Shown here piece after piece: positions 24,569-37,372 of a DNA stretch of 64,000 nucleotides. The position numbers were made by a program, and so were the translations under genes. A model generated the notes under the pieces. That model was not told the origin of the DNA and searched no databases. It was given only the letters and a program-made list of their open reading frames with translations. This DNA is from Lingula anatina. Taxonomy: Eukaryota; Animalia; Brachiopoda. Where the stretch lies: contig CM120643.1 of assembly GCA_051362555.1 (NCBI GenBank), positions 25,486,848-25,550,847 of the forward strand. The letters are read 5' to 3'. Every line of letters begins with the position of its first letter. Within the stretch, counting starts at the first letter, position 1.

Positions 24569-25098
24569 CAGGCCCGTAAGCAGGAGATGTGAAGGGTTCC
24601 AAAGAACCACACTTTGGCTCTGAATGCTGCCAATTCTGTTGCACTGGAAAGTTTTTTTTTTTTTTTCATGGAGAGCGAGAGCACGGATTGCTTTTGTTCA
24701 TCTTATTCATAATTTACTTTAGGTTCCGTGTAATTTGACAAGCTTGTTTAACTAAGGGGCAAAACGGGCCTTATAAACAGATTAGGCCTTTGCAAACTCG
24801 AAATTCGTTTTTTAGCACAAATATCCAAATTAAGTACTCGAGCCACCAATTTAAAACCCGAACGTAAAATTCCATGAGCACAGTGTTACGACACACGAAC
24901 AGCTCTGACGCTGTGTTCGTTTCTACTAAAATTACATTGCGGTACTTAATTCGTGGCTTGAGTCGTTACTTTGGGCATTCGTACGCCCAAATCTAAGGCT
25001 AGTGGTAGCATATGGCAATTATTGTTTATGAGTCCTGTAAAAAAGGTCCACTTACCCAGAAAAAAGAACCGCCTTTGAAATAGCTGTCTACAGGCAAG
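24569..25098. mobile_element. Longer (~530 bp) degenerate relative of MITE family A
   Basis: The left end caggcccgtaagcagg and the right end aaaaggtccactt...gaaccgcctttgaaatagctgtctacaggc match family A ends. The interior is different. Confidence 0.6.
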
Positions 25099-28000
25099 CT
25101 TTACTCTCTAAGAACTTTTATGCATGCGGTTTAATTTCTCGTTTTTGTGCATATTCTGGTTTGATATTTTAGAAATATGCTGAAACCAAACGTAAATCAC
25201 GCTAGCCAGTATTGAGACGCTTTGTTTACTTTATTTCCACACACAAAAAGCTTGTTCTGTCTTTAAACACAGATGAATTTCAGGAGAATCTTCTGCATTG
25301 ACGTAATCGCTTCATTAATAGATTACTGGGGAGATTGAAAATCTGTATTCTTAAAAGATCCTTGCACAACTGATTTATGTTATGCTAGTAGCTCATTCCT
25401 ATTAAAGACAAGCGTACCGGGAATTGACATTCCAGCTTCAATAACGTAACTCAAGATGAATCAATGAGAACGATCATTACAAGAGTCTACGAATTGAAGC
25501 AAATGTGTTTTCCATAGCCATGACTTTCTTGAATAGAGCATATTATGGGAGTGAGAAAAATATTTCGCGATTTGATTAACACATGTAAGGCCGATAGTGC
25601 TCACTCCACTTTTAGTCTCTTTGGGGATTAGCCTACTAAGGAGCTCAGATTTCTGTGGAAAAAGAGTTGAAGGATCGTTAAGCCAATGGCTTAAAGAGTT
25701 AGTGCAGGTAGGTTTGAATTGATGGTCGTCTTTGTTGCCCCCCCCCCCCCCCCAAAAAAAAAAAAACTGTAGTATTCATAGATGGTCTATTATACAGCTG
25801 TTGACATGTTCCTATGTCTATGCTGCTCAGTGCATGTGTCTCCTGTAATATTTTTCTTTCATGAAGACTGATGTAAAATAATAACTATAATTTGGCCGGA
25901 TCAGCGGCTGCTGATAATGACCTGCTATAATGAGTGACTCGTGCTTTATCAATCATGCTGGATTGCTGGAAAAGGCAGGAAGAAATGAAGCAAACCGACT
26001 GATTTTACGTTGTTACAACGACTGACGACAACTATAGTGTTACGGTGTAATCTTAAAATAAACGCACGGCTTGAAGATTCGCTCACTGGCCGGTTTTATC
26101 CCCAAACCCTGCCGTTCCCTCCCCTCCAAAGAAAAAAGAAAGATTACCTATTTTGATGGTGTTGGTTGCAATTGGTAAGTATTTATTGCTCTTAAACTGA
26201 CGGTGCGTATGACTTGATTCGCCGTGACTATAAGAGTTTCACTCCCTGATTATCAAGGCAATGGTAGTTGATTTCCCCCGTCAATAGAATACAACTTTTG
26301 AAGTTTTCAAAACTGTGTTTCTTCGTAAAGACACGAGCGCATGTAGCGTTTACCTTTACAGTAAAACCCGCTGGAAGCTCTGTCATTCCGTTGAAAGCGA
26401 TTGAGAAGAGCGGCAAAAAAAACGGAAGAAATCACGGGTGGATCCATGGTTTTGCTAAATGTTGAGGAGGCAAAGATATCTTTCATGTTATATAATTGAT
26501 TAAAACGGTATACGGACACAATTTTACTGCAATACGTATTTGACGGCTGCACTTGATGATATTGTGAGAAAGAAAGATACAGTGCCGTCCTTTTAGTCTT
26601 GTATACCTGTTCACCGTCAGGATGAATACGATATCTATCACATGTGTGTCTTATCTTGTTTTGTTCGCCTTGTTTCGTTCGCTAAATATTTGGGGGGGGG
26701 GGGGGTGCAATGTACATCAGTACCCTCTCTTGGCACAAAGCTGGCATGATGCCATGGCACATGTCTGTTGACATACCAAACAGTTGATACAACATGTAGC
26801 GCCGCCAGCCCGTCTGTAGTCAGGGTACTAGTAAAATATTACGAGAAACGGAAGGTCGTAAACAACATTATTTATAGGAATGACCCACAATGCCCTGTTG
26901 GGCATATCTTAAAAGATGGTTACTATAAAACACTACCTGCATAAATATATCGTGTCAGCCACCGCTGTAAGCTCTCTTTCTGGGGCTTGGAAACAACCTA
27001 TAGTTTTGTGGTTGAAGTGTGTATTTAACCATTTCCCGTGCCTGTAAATTATGCAGAACATGCGAGGCAGGGATTACCAGTACAGTGTGTCATGGGGTCA
27101 TTTTATCGTGTGTGTGTGTGTGTCAAGGCAGAAGATCTAATTTTTGTCTCTTGGTAAGTATAGTTATCCACCTGTACTCGCCTATTTACTAAGGTCGTGT
27201 TGACATTGCAGATACATGTAGACCGAACCTTCAGTGAGAGCAGAGTGATTAAAGTTGTAAGAAGTTATAAGGACGCCATACACAGTTGGCGTATCCCCTT
27301 CGTTTTTCGAAGAAAGGCGCACGCCGTGCCTTGATCCTGGATAGCGTAAGTCGGAAGGATTAGGGGTGACCATAACTAGAAGGGTTTAACGATCTGTCAT
27401 GGCAACACGCCGTTGGTAACTTTTTTGGTAACGTATTAATCAGTTTTTTTTATATGTACCGCTGTATGAAACGATGGGAATGGTGCTTATATGTTTATTG
27501 TTTAGGTTTACCTTAGTCATTAAATCCTAAATGCAGTTGTCTTTTGAAGTCTTATCTTGGTCTTTCGTGATTCAAACTGAATTATTAAAGGGGAATCATT
27601 AAAACGACAAGAATATATATACGGATTTCCAAGTTAAACCCGGAGCCCACCGTTTCTTTGTTATGTCAGAGTGAAAAGTAAAAATAAATGAGAAATCGCT
27701 CCTATCCCTTCACCTAAACCTTTCATTTACCACGCTCATCATTGCGCAGCGCTCTCGAGAAATGGTAACCTAACTCCCCGTGAAAAAAGAAAGCATGCTT
27801 GAACATGATTCGCTCGAGTTGGTCTTTAGTTGCACGCCAAGCAACCATTAGGTTATTTCATGAGGGTTATGCAGAGGAACCGGGTGCTACCGAGTACTTA
27901 AACGTACGAACACATCAGAAGGTAAAAGAGAAAGCATCCGTAAACCACCGGTAAACTCTGCCTAGCGTGCAAGACGAGCAAGTTACCGTCGTCCCGTGAT

Positions 28001-28139
28001 CTTTGAAGTGAGGTACGTTTGAGAATAGGTAAAACAAAAAAGATTAAAGGCTACAAAACGTGTTCTTAGTTTAACTTCAAATTTTTCAAAATATCACTGA
28101 TATACCACTGTAAATCCTTTTTTCGGCATCACATGTACA

Positions 28140-28319
28140 AGTGTGACAGGAATGGTAGTCCTAGGAATGGAAGTCCGGGCTCCCATATGATTAGTACAGG
28201 TTAGGGTTAGTTGCAGCACTGGGGTTAGTATATAGGACGGATGTCACCCGTACAAAGTAATGGGGAGCGGACTACGGTTCCTAAGAACAACGGTTCCGAA
28301 CTACCATTCAGGTCACACT
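28140..28319. mobile_element. Fold-back element with a telomere-like GGTTAG core
   Basis: agtgtgacaggaatggtagtcc / gaactaccattcaggtcacact inverted ends, inner arms taggaa...agtccg / cggact...ttccta, ggttagggttag at 28199-28210. Confidence 0.65.
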
Positions 28320-28660
28320 GGCATTGAATGATACGTGTCACCAAGGGTTCAGGTGACACGTCTGAGCATTGATCGCTGTTGATTCGGCAGATCTGTCCAG
28401 AAAGTGTCCCGTTTCTCGCACATTTCAATGATACGGCAGAAAACCGATACTGGTGCTCCCGCTGCCTCGTGACACGGTAGAGTGCCTCCGAAATTCATGT
28501 CTAATCTTACGGTTGGGTGCAGGTACCCTTTGACCATAGGGTGCACAAGTAGTCTATATGAAAATTTTTGTATCGCACATACTTAAATTTTTTGTAATAT
28601 TTTAGAAGCCCCTGGAATCAGAGGGTAGGGTGAAGGGTTTATAAAAATTCAATACGTCAA

Positions 28661-28760
28661 ATTCATAATGATAGGTTATTCTTAAAACAGCTACAATTCA
28701 TTTCACCATTCCACTCACGTCACAGTTTGTGCTGTTTTCGGGAAAACCTATCATTATGAA
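28661..28760. mobile_element. Small inverted-repeat element (MITE remnant)
   Basis: ttcataatgataggtt...aaaacagc pairs with gctgtttt...aacctatcattatgaa. Confidence 0.6.
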
Positions 28761-30046
28761 ATAGGAGTGCAGAACGCAGCTGATTAATTTCTTTGTTGGA
28801 CTTGCAGTACGTAGACTGGTTTAAAAGAAAACTTCAGCTAAATCTACAATACTGCAGTAGTAAACACCCCATTGAAATAGTTGAATCACCACATATGTAA
28901 AATTCAAGTATTCTAAATATTATGAGAATTTTGGACAAAATGAAACTTACGACATCGAATCGAGTTTGCATCGCACCAAACATGAGAATAGTACGAATGA
29001 CCATGCATTGTTTCTGAGCGCATGGTAGGGGTGTGTGTGTGTGTGTGTGTGTGGGTGTGAGAGAGAGAGAGAGCATTTTGTTGACATCACACAGATTAAA
29101 ATTATGGAGAAATGCATTGCTTTTATGGGGCTTAAACCCCACCACCACCCTTTAGTAAGTGTTTATGTGAGAGGTTTTACACAGCAAAAAAATAGTAATA
29201 ATGACGTGTGCGTAAAAAAGGCTGTATTGATGGTCAATAAACTCAATGTACAGACAAGCAAGGTTAATAGATTTTTGTCTTTTATAGGAATATGTACAGT
29301 GTTTAGTGGTATTTTACCTGATATTGTAAGCTCATGGTACTCTTTTAATCCATTTTGAAAAGTGAAAAGTGAACGTTTTCAGAAGAAAACTGATAGAATA
29401 CGATGCAATTATGATGGAAGACTATAACATCATGTATAACTTTCTTTGGGGAGATATCTTACTCGATACCGACAATTACATTAATGGACAATCTACTGGG
29501 GAAATCTTTCAACGCAGATTTACTTAAACATTAATTAAAGAAGTAACGGGAGCGCCAGCGTTTACAGATGTCGTTTCTTGATTAATAGGTTTAGAGGTTT
29601 GTACAATGAATTGTTGGTGTATGTTATGTAGCAGACCGTGGTAATTCAATTTATTTATCTACCCGTGTTTCCGTCTATCGATCTGCGCCGCTGGTTTAAG
29701 TTCACCACTAACTGCAGTTTTGTCGCTGTACATTTGGACATTGCTAAATGACCCAAAGAACACAATCCTCATTTGTGCTAAATCTATGCTCATATACCTA
29801 ATTCCCACTAAATATTTCACTATGAATTAAAATTTTGGCAGTAATACGGAAAACAAAGAGTCTTGATATTTGAGTACTTCAATGAAATCAAAACTGTATA
29901 TCTCATTTCAAGCAGTAGAGAAGTTTGTTAATTATTTAATAATTTATTAACCTTGACATTGAAGTTACAATCATCTTAAGCTAAATGTACAATATATTAA
30001 TATAACACATACATAAGTTGCATTATAAGTTACATTTAAATAGTAA

Positions 30047-30051
30047 ACACA

Positions 30052-30103
<52 letters not shown>
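30047..30103. repeat. Compound (CA)n(GA)n microsatellite
   Basis: Direct reading. Confidence 0.95.
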
Positions 30104-30110
<7 letters not shown>

Positions 30111-30169
30111 AGGGGGAGGAAGGGGGAGCAAATATAAATATCAAATGCAGTTAGATTGTGATAAGCATA

Positions 30170-30337
30170 CAGGCCCGTAGCCAGGGGGGTTCGGGGGAGT
30201 TCGAAAGAACCGCCCCTTTTGCTGGGAAAAGGTCCACTCTGGGTAAAATTTGATCTAGGTACATGTAGTTCTTATGGGAAAAGGTCCACTTTTTCAGAAA
30301 AAGAACCCCCCTTTTGAAATTGCTGGCTACGGGCCTG
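30170..30337. mobile_element. MITE family A copy (TIR CAGGCCCGTAGCCAG), TSD GCATA
   Basis: Perfect 15-bp TIR and perfect 5-bp direct repeat at 30165-30169 and 30338-30342. Confidence 0.92.
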
Positions 30338-31364
30338 GCATATGTGCACACGCTACATGCTACATTAGTTATAGTTAGCCACCAGACTGTAAGACATTGC
30401 TTCATAACCCGCGCTTAATATCAGGCGTGTTTTTAAGGGTGAAGACATCAAGTAATTGCCTGGATTACCAACTGATTGGGATATTAGTTTTTAATCAATA
30501 GAAATCTGCAGAAAAGGCCTACTGTCTGCGTTCTTTCCCTGTCTGCGGTATTATTTTGGCTCTGTTTGTTTTAAATTAACCATCAATGCACTGTCGTGCA
30601 AGTTTTTTCTATCTAGCTGGCAATATGTAAACTTATTTCCGAGATGATGGCAATTAGAATCATGTTAGCAAAGTTGTTTGCACGACACGAAGGTGTACTT
30701 AAAGTAAACGTTGAAGATATATTATAAAGGTAAATCTTAATGAGAAGGTGGTGATTACTAAATAAGTTAACGGTTAAGAGTATGGTTTATATTAAATTTT
30801 CGTGTGCAGTTATGGAATAGGGGTTGCTTAAATAAGTAAGCACGTTGAAACATTTTACTGACACATAATTTTTGTAGGCAAATATGAAGTGTATATTAAG
30901 ATATCCTTGTTAATTTTGAGTGATTCAGTGGCATTTTAGAAAACAATTCTTTTCTAATCATCGATAATTGATAAATGCAACTTGGAAATATGTATATAAA
31001 GGACGTCATTAAGTACTAGGTAATTTAAAACTTTGAGCTCACGTTTCCATAGCTATACTTAATGGATTGATTTCGTGACTGGGCTGCGACCCAGAAGAGA
31101 TATATGAAATATTGGTTTCAATCTGTTGCTTAAACTTGATTAGAACTGATATGGATAGAAAATGACAGATGATTTGGTTGATGATACCTTGAAACATACT
31201 GATTATAGAAATAACCGTTAATTTCCTTAAACGTTTGGATATCGCTCCTTCGAAAATTAAATAAATAAATAAATAAAAAGATCCCTTTTAAAAGATGTCA
31301 AACACTATATATCCCCCTTTTTTATTAAACTGGATATAGCTAGCTTTTGTCTCTCTCTGTCTAA

Positions 31365-31562
31365 GGGCGTATTCCCAGAGCTTTTAGATCGATCTCACTA
31401 GATTACTGTCAGATAATCCGGCTTAAATGTTCGTCCCGCCTACTACAAGCTGTAAAGGGGTAACTAACTTTCGTGCCCGCTCGGCTGACAGTTATTTAGC
31501 GTGAACCCCCAGGGAGTTAGGTCGATCTAGTTTGGATCGATCTAATCTCTGGGAATGGGGTC
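31365..31562. mobile_element. MITE family B (PIF/Harbinger-like), TAA flanks
   Basis: Near-identical to 19597-19810 apart from a short internal deletion. TAA on both sides. Confidence 0.88.
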
Positions 31563-31699
31563 TAAATCATCCTGAAGAATTTTCTGCATCCTAGCCTGTA
31601 CATCATCTCTACCAGGCTGACAGACGGAATGTTTTCGGTAGATATTCACAGATATATCTCTGGCTATTCACTAGCTGAGCACATATCTGTACTGTGAGT

Positions 31700-31752
31700 C
31701 CAACGAAAATTTCTAAAATGGCGCCAACAAAAATTTCTAAAATGGCGCCAAC
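31700..31752. repeat. 24-bp tandem duplication containing AAAATGGCG
   Basis: ccaac(g/a)aaaatttctaaaatggcg, two copies. Confidence 0.85.
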
Positions 31753-31978
31753 AGTCGGGTGGGTTTTGATAGAGAGTACCCATGGATCTGAGTAAGACTT
31801 CTCTATCTTGCCTAAAGCAGTTATACTGTTGTGATACCGAGACCATTGATTATCCTCCAATCGGACCTGTCAAAATACGGTTGTCCTTTGTATTCATTCG
31901 AATTTTTGTTCTTATACATAAAGCCTGTTATGATTTAGGCCATGATCTTTTATGTGTCCTCACTTTTTTACAATCGTG

Positions 31979-31981
<3 letters not shown>

Positions 31982-32073
<92 letters not shown>

Positions 32074-32101
32074 CGTGTGTGTGTGTGTGTGTGTTTGTGT
32101 G
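31982..32101. repeat. Compound (CT)n(TA)n(GT)n microsatellite
   Basis: Direct reading. Confidence 0.95.
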
Positions 32102-32508
32102 ATTGCAACCTTGTGGTATATATATATTTATTACAAGGTTGCAATTACATGTGAGTCATTTATATATATACATTTTGGGCGATGCAATTTAACAGTGCAT
32201 GTTCACCACAAGGACGCAGTTCCACATTGAACATAAACTAGATACAAGTGCTCTAGTAAAGATAGGCATCCTAATGAATGTGCAAATTTTTTAACCTGTG
32301 GAGACGGTAAGGCATGTTGTGGATCGCTGCCTAAATAGCATTTAGGTTAATCGTCAGGTTGTTAGAACGGCGGAGGTGAAAATATCGCCGCACGTCAAAA
32401 AACAAACATGTTAATGCCAGCGGCAATGCTGCCCAATTTCTGCATTTCAAAGATATTTCGCATTCGGCCTTAAGGTGCTTGGATTTTTGTGTGCACACCT
32501 GTCACTGC

Positions 32509-32512
<4 letters not shown>

Positions 32513-32571
<59 letters not shown>
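32513..32571. repeat. (CT)n microsatellite
   Basis: Direct reading. Confidence 0.95.
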
Positions 32572-32575
<4 letters not shown>

Positions 32576-32981
32576 TTGAATCAAACCAAATGCTTTCAAC
32601 AGTACAACTTAAAATTATTTTCAACGAAGCATTTGGCAGTACCCCGAGAACTTCTATTGATCTTTCATTTATATATTTGATTATTTATACATTAATTTTC
32701 TCCTTGGTGGGAATATAGGGAGCGCGTTCTTTAATTAACAAATACACATTTCCATGTACATGAATAAATATTCAGGATAAAAAACCAAACTTAAACTGGC
32801 TTTAGATTTAACCAGCTGTGGTTGAAGAGCAATCCTGTGCAAAAACGCTCAGTTTAACATACTGGAAGTGAATAGGTTTTTCACATCGCCTGGCAATACT
32901 ATCACTAAACCAGCTAACTGAAATGACTGGATTTAGATCGGTCTAATTATTCTGTTATCTTCTCGACCTGACACGTACAGA

Positions 32982-33045
32982 CCTGGCTTCTATATAACGC
33001 CTGACGTGCGAATCCTGGCTTCTATATAACGCCTGACGTGCGAAT
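32982..33045. repeat. Perfect 32-bp tandem duplication
   Basis: cctggcttctatataacgcctgacgtgcgaat, two copies. Confidence 0.9.
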
Positions 33046-36000
33046 CCAGCTGGGTTTTAAATTCTTTATAGACAGCCTTCTTTAAAGGAATAGACAATTA
33101 GATAAACGCTCAGTTAGCATACACTATCGCCATAATTGAATTAATATTAAGTGCACTTCTTTTAAAATAATTGAGATAGTGATTTTAGAGGTGGAGTGTA
33201 GACCATTTGGAGCCGTGACGTCAGTGCAGGTGCCTGCGCAGAACGGTGTTTCAAATACACTGCGCATTATTTATTGGCTAATTTGAAGCAAGTTGAAATG
33301 GCGCCGCAGGTCAAAATGGCTTTCATTAGAGATGATGATGCAGTGGAGTCCATCACTCACCCCAATCCAGCTCAAGGGAATCCGGGTCAGGGGACCAAAT
33401 AAAACATAGAAGTTATAATTAGAACTGATGCGGCTGCGTGATTACGTAGAATAAAAACCCTTTTCTCTAACGGCGCTGTGTCTCTCGGGAGTCATAATTT
33501 CCGAACTAAATATTTCATTTAAAGCCGGAGACACCTACATATGCTATTTTTCTTTAATCGATATTTCACGAGACCTCGTCCCGCACGGTCTCGGTCTGTG
33601 CATTCACACTGTTATAGTCGTTAATGCCCGCGGCCCAGAGGTAAAAAGTGGCTTGGAAATGATGTATCAAAATTTTTGGCTTTATTCAAATTGATTTAAT
33701 TCACAGCATTGCTTTAGCGATTGTCGAGTAGTTTTGAATTTTGACTGTGGGGAGTCGAGAGTGCAGTGCAGTGCAGTGCAGTGTACTGTACTGTACTGCA
33801 CCAAAACCAATTGGTTTGAGACATTTAATCCTAATAAATGTAATAAAGAAAGTGGTTTGATAGACAAAAAAGCACTAATGGCGATAGCCACATTAGTGTT
33901 GCAGTTCAAACAACTGTTTAAACGGCCACTTTGCATCGGGATCGGTTTTTGATGCGGTTGACACATATAAACAACCTAATTGTATGTGATTCATGTAAGT
34001 TTGATACCTATTTCGTAGGGATATTCCCATAGGGAACAGGCTTTTAACTGTTCTGTTTTTTTCTATGGGAAATGATCTTTTTTTTAATACTGCAAACCAT
34101 TCAAGTATATAACAGCCAAAAACCCCATAATTTACATATTTTAAAAAAGTCAAAATAAACCTACAAATGTGCACTCCATACGTTTCTTGCAAGTATTGAT
34201 TTCAACTTCAGAGAATTTATAAATCTTTGAAGCTTATATGGTGTCCTAACCCTCGATCTATGAAAATGTATTGCATTTTAAAATGTTTGGCAACGATTTG
34301 AGAACTGTTGCAAAAAATGAAAACAGGAGAAAAATCACAGTTTGGCAGGTGAAGCAAACAGGGGTACAACTAGACACGCCTGCCGATTTATTTTAATTTG
34401 TTGTGTTTTATTACAAAAAATAATGTAGGTGTGCTGACGTGCACTTTTTTAAAATCATTAAACCGAAATGTTATGATGTTTTTTTTTATTATTTTAATTA
34501 CAAATCATATATGACGGCTAAGGCGTCAAACCCTCCTCCTCAAGCAGAATTTTTCCCTAATAGCTATTTGCCGGACTCGCCTCAACATTCTGAGTAATCA
34601 ATCTGTGAGACTTTACGAGAAATCGAAGCCTCTAAGGCCATGTTATTACGAGAGATATGATAGATAATTAACCTTGCATTGCGCTAGTATTACCATCAAT
34701 AAGCTACTCGTGTGACATTAGCGTCAGAGGACAGGCAGACGACAGTCTGGAGCAAGCGTTATCTGCAATGTGATCTCTGTCTGTAAAAAAGAGCCCTGAT
34801 TAATTGCATCCATTTTAAATAATAATACCACGCACAGAGCTGCCTGTTTTAAAGGCCTTTTTCACTTTTTTCAAGACTGTGTCTTATGGCTACATTATTT
34901 TTACTGAGGTAACAAATAGAATGAGATATATCTTTATATATTCTCATTTTGCCAAACTTGAGTTGCCATAAGAAGATCGAGTAGTAAAACGAAGAGGGCG
35001 ACAGGCGTCGCCAAGGGTCAAAATATATTTACCAATAACTATAACTACCCTCCCCATAGGTAAGCCAGTTTAGGTGGATCAGGCATTGGCCCCACTGATA
35101 CTTTGTTCACATTGGATGGTAACTGATAGATCGATTTTCTTGTTATCGACAGACAATGCGGATGTCAATATAGTCGTTACCAAGGTTGTGCTTTAAAATT
35201 AAAACACCGCATGTAAAAGTTGCAAACTGCATGCCAGCCAACCACAAAGCGGGGTCTTACTTTGATGAATATAAGATAGCAATCATTATTTGATGTTTCT
35301 AGCTTGATTGTGTTGAACAAAGGTAACGCGTTTCCTTTGTCTCCCTAACCTGATTATGTTCAATGCAACTGTATCTCTACATTAATTTGTGTGAATCACT
35401 TGCTTTCAGATCGGTTTCCGACGGAAGATGGGGCCTTGAAGGATATAAGTGAAATAAGTCATGTTTTTGCCGCTAGATGGGGTTCTGAGACCTGAAAATT
35501 AAGCAGATCGGAAGAGACCGTTCGTGCGGCCTTATAATAAGTTCATTGGCTTCTAATATTTCAGACGATAATGACGCAAACTTCACATCTTGGAACTTCT
35601 CGGATGTATGGAGAGTGACGCTATAGGAACGAGATACCACGTCATTGACACACAAGGATATATATACAGATCTTAGCGAGCGTTACGGGCAAAGTGGTAA
35701 ATTCAGTCAGGACATAAAGTGGACCTAGTGTTGGTGTGAAAATACTCTGATTGCATAAATCACCGTTTACTTTGCAGTTTTTTTTTCTGTTAAAGGAAAA
35801 TAACTTTATTGGCACAGGCACATGTTGCTCGAGGAAAGTTAGGGTTCAGCTGTTATAACTTTATAAAAAAGGACGCGTGGACAGTCACAAAACAGGCTGA
35901 CAGGTGTAAAAGTCGATGTTAAATATCAAGCAGACGGTCCAAGAATACCCCTGTGTTGTTTTGAAACTTAAAAACGCCAAATTGCAGAGTAAACTTTTCT

Positions 36001-36280
36001 CTCGGATACAGTAGTTCAAAGATGACTGTAACTTAAAGCACGTGGATAGAAAACAGTTTCGGGCTGAATTTTTTTCCAGATAACCACAACCCTGACACAA
36101 AACGGCTTCAGGATTTTAATTTATTTTCACTTGACACACACAAAAAAAAACAGCTTCTCCTTGGGAGAATTGCCGTTAACTAACTAGAAGCACGCAGTTA
36201 CTAAACGTAGAGAAAAATTTCGTAAGAGACATCTGCAACAGGGATATATATCAGCAATATAGCAGGCCAAGAACCCATCC

Positions 36281-37372
36281 ATGACTATGGAAAACTTTAC
36301 CAACGGCACGAACGAGACCGACTGTCCAATCGCTATTACACCAGAAGACAAAAAAGTGGCCGTTCCAGTGATATTGTTGTTGATATGTTTTATCGGAATT
36401 GTAGGTAACTTGGGAGTAATCTACGTCGTCTATAAATTCCGTCAGATGAATCCTTTGTTCTTGAATCTGGCAGTCGCCGACCTTCTCTTTAACCTATTCG
36501 GATTGCCAATCTACGCGGCATTTTACGCAACAAAACACAGAATCCTCATCGGAGACGTTACTTGTAAGACTCTTTATTATCTGACGTATGTCACCATGGG
36601 AGTGAGTATATATTCTCTCGTGGCTATTTGTCTTCTGAGATACCTTAGCATCAAATACCCGTTACATCTTAGAACCATGCTAGGGCGTGGTACGTCGTAC
36701 AAGGCAGCGGCGGTCACGTGGGTAGTCATGTTACTTTTGAATATCCCGCTCTTGATCATAATGACGGAAGAGGGTGGTAAGCCGTGTAGTTTACGAGTTG
36801 GAGAGTCGTCTCTGTACTACATATATGTCACCGTCGTATTTGGTATAGATTTCATCACCCCTGCTACCATCATTGCAGTTCTGTCTACCTTCATCGTGAT
36901 TCACGTGTTCCACATACAGAAAGAGCATCGAACCCTGTCTGAAAATGAAAAAGGAGGATTCCACAAGGCGTCTAAGATGGCCACGAAAAGGCTCATGATC
37001 CTCGTCATTCTTGTTTTCAGTCTCTTTATCGTGTGCTGGGCGCCGATGCACGTGCTCTTCCTGCGCGCGGTTCTGAACCGTGACGTGGCGGACGACCGGC
37101 CTTGCATCTGGAAACAGGTCACGGAGTACATCTTCCTGATTGCCCAAATCCTCGCTTTCTCCAACTCCAGTGTCAATCCCATTCTTTACAATTTTGTATC
37201 GAAGGAATTTCGACTGGCGTTTGCCAGGGCAATGTGCCCCTGCTATTACAAGAAAAGGGACGAGGAGCAGTCAGAAATCACCCGACGGATAACGGTGTCA
37301 TATCGCACGGACGCCGAGATGGAAGTCTCAGACTCCTGTTATCAGTCGGTACCTTTGAAAACATTGAAATAA
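36281..37372 (+). CDS. Intronless class A (rhodopsin-like) GPCR, galanin/allatostatin-A/somatostatin-receptor-like, probably orphan (363 aa)
   Basis: Seven TM segments. N-glycosylation sites NFT/NGT/NET, GN in TM1, LAVADL in TM2, C3.25, LRY at the DRY position, W4.50, P5.50, CWAP, NSSVNPILY, helix 8 SKEFR, Cys cluster for palmitoylation. In-frame TAG seven codons upstream of the ATG. AATAAA at 37590-37595. Confidence 0.95.
   Translation: MTMENFTNGTNETDCPIAITPEDKKVAVPVILLLICFIGIVGNLGVIYVVYKFRQMNPLFLNLAVADLLFNLFGLPIYAAFYATKHRILIGDVTCKTLYYLTYVTMGVSIYSLVAICLLRYLSIKYPLHLRTMLGRGTSYKAAAVTWVVMLLLNIPLLIIMTEEGGKPCSLRVGESSLYYIYVTVVFGIDFITPATIIAVLSTFIVIHVFHIQKEHRTLSENEKGGFHKASKMATKRLMILVILVFSLFIVCWAPMHVLFLRAVLNRDVADDRPCIWKQVTEYIFLIAQILAFSNSSVNPILYNFVSKEFRLAFARAMCPCYYKKRDEEQSEITRRITVSYRTDAEMEVSDSCYQSVPLKTLK

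Noticed and set aside
31782-32230. ORFs with SLSL/YIYI/CVCV runs (also at 18917, 32489 and 42315)
   Set aside because: Translations of microsatellites.
32982-33045. 32-bp direct repeats as a CRISPR-like array
   Set aside because: Only two adjacent units, no spacers, eukaryotic context.
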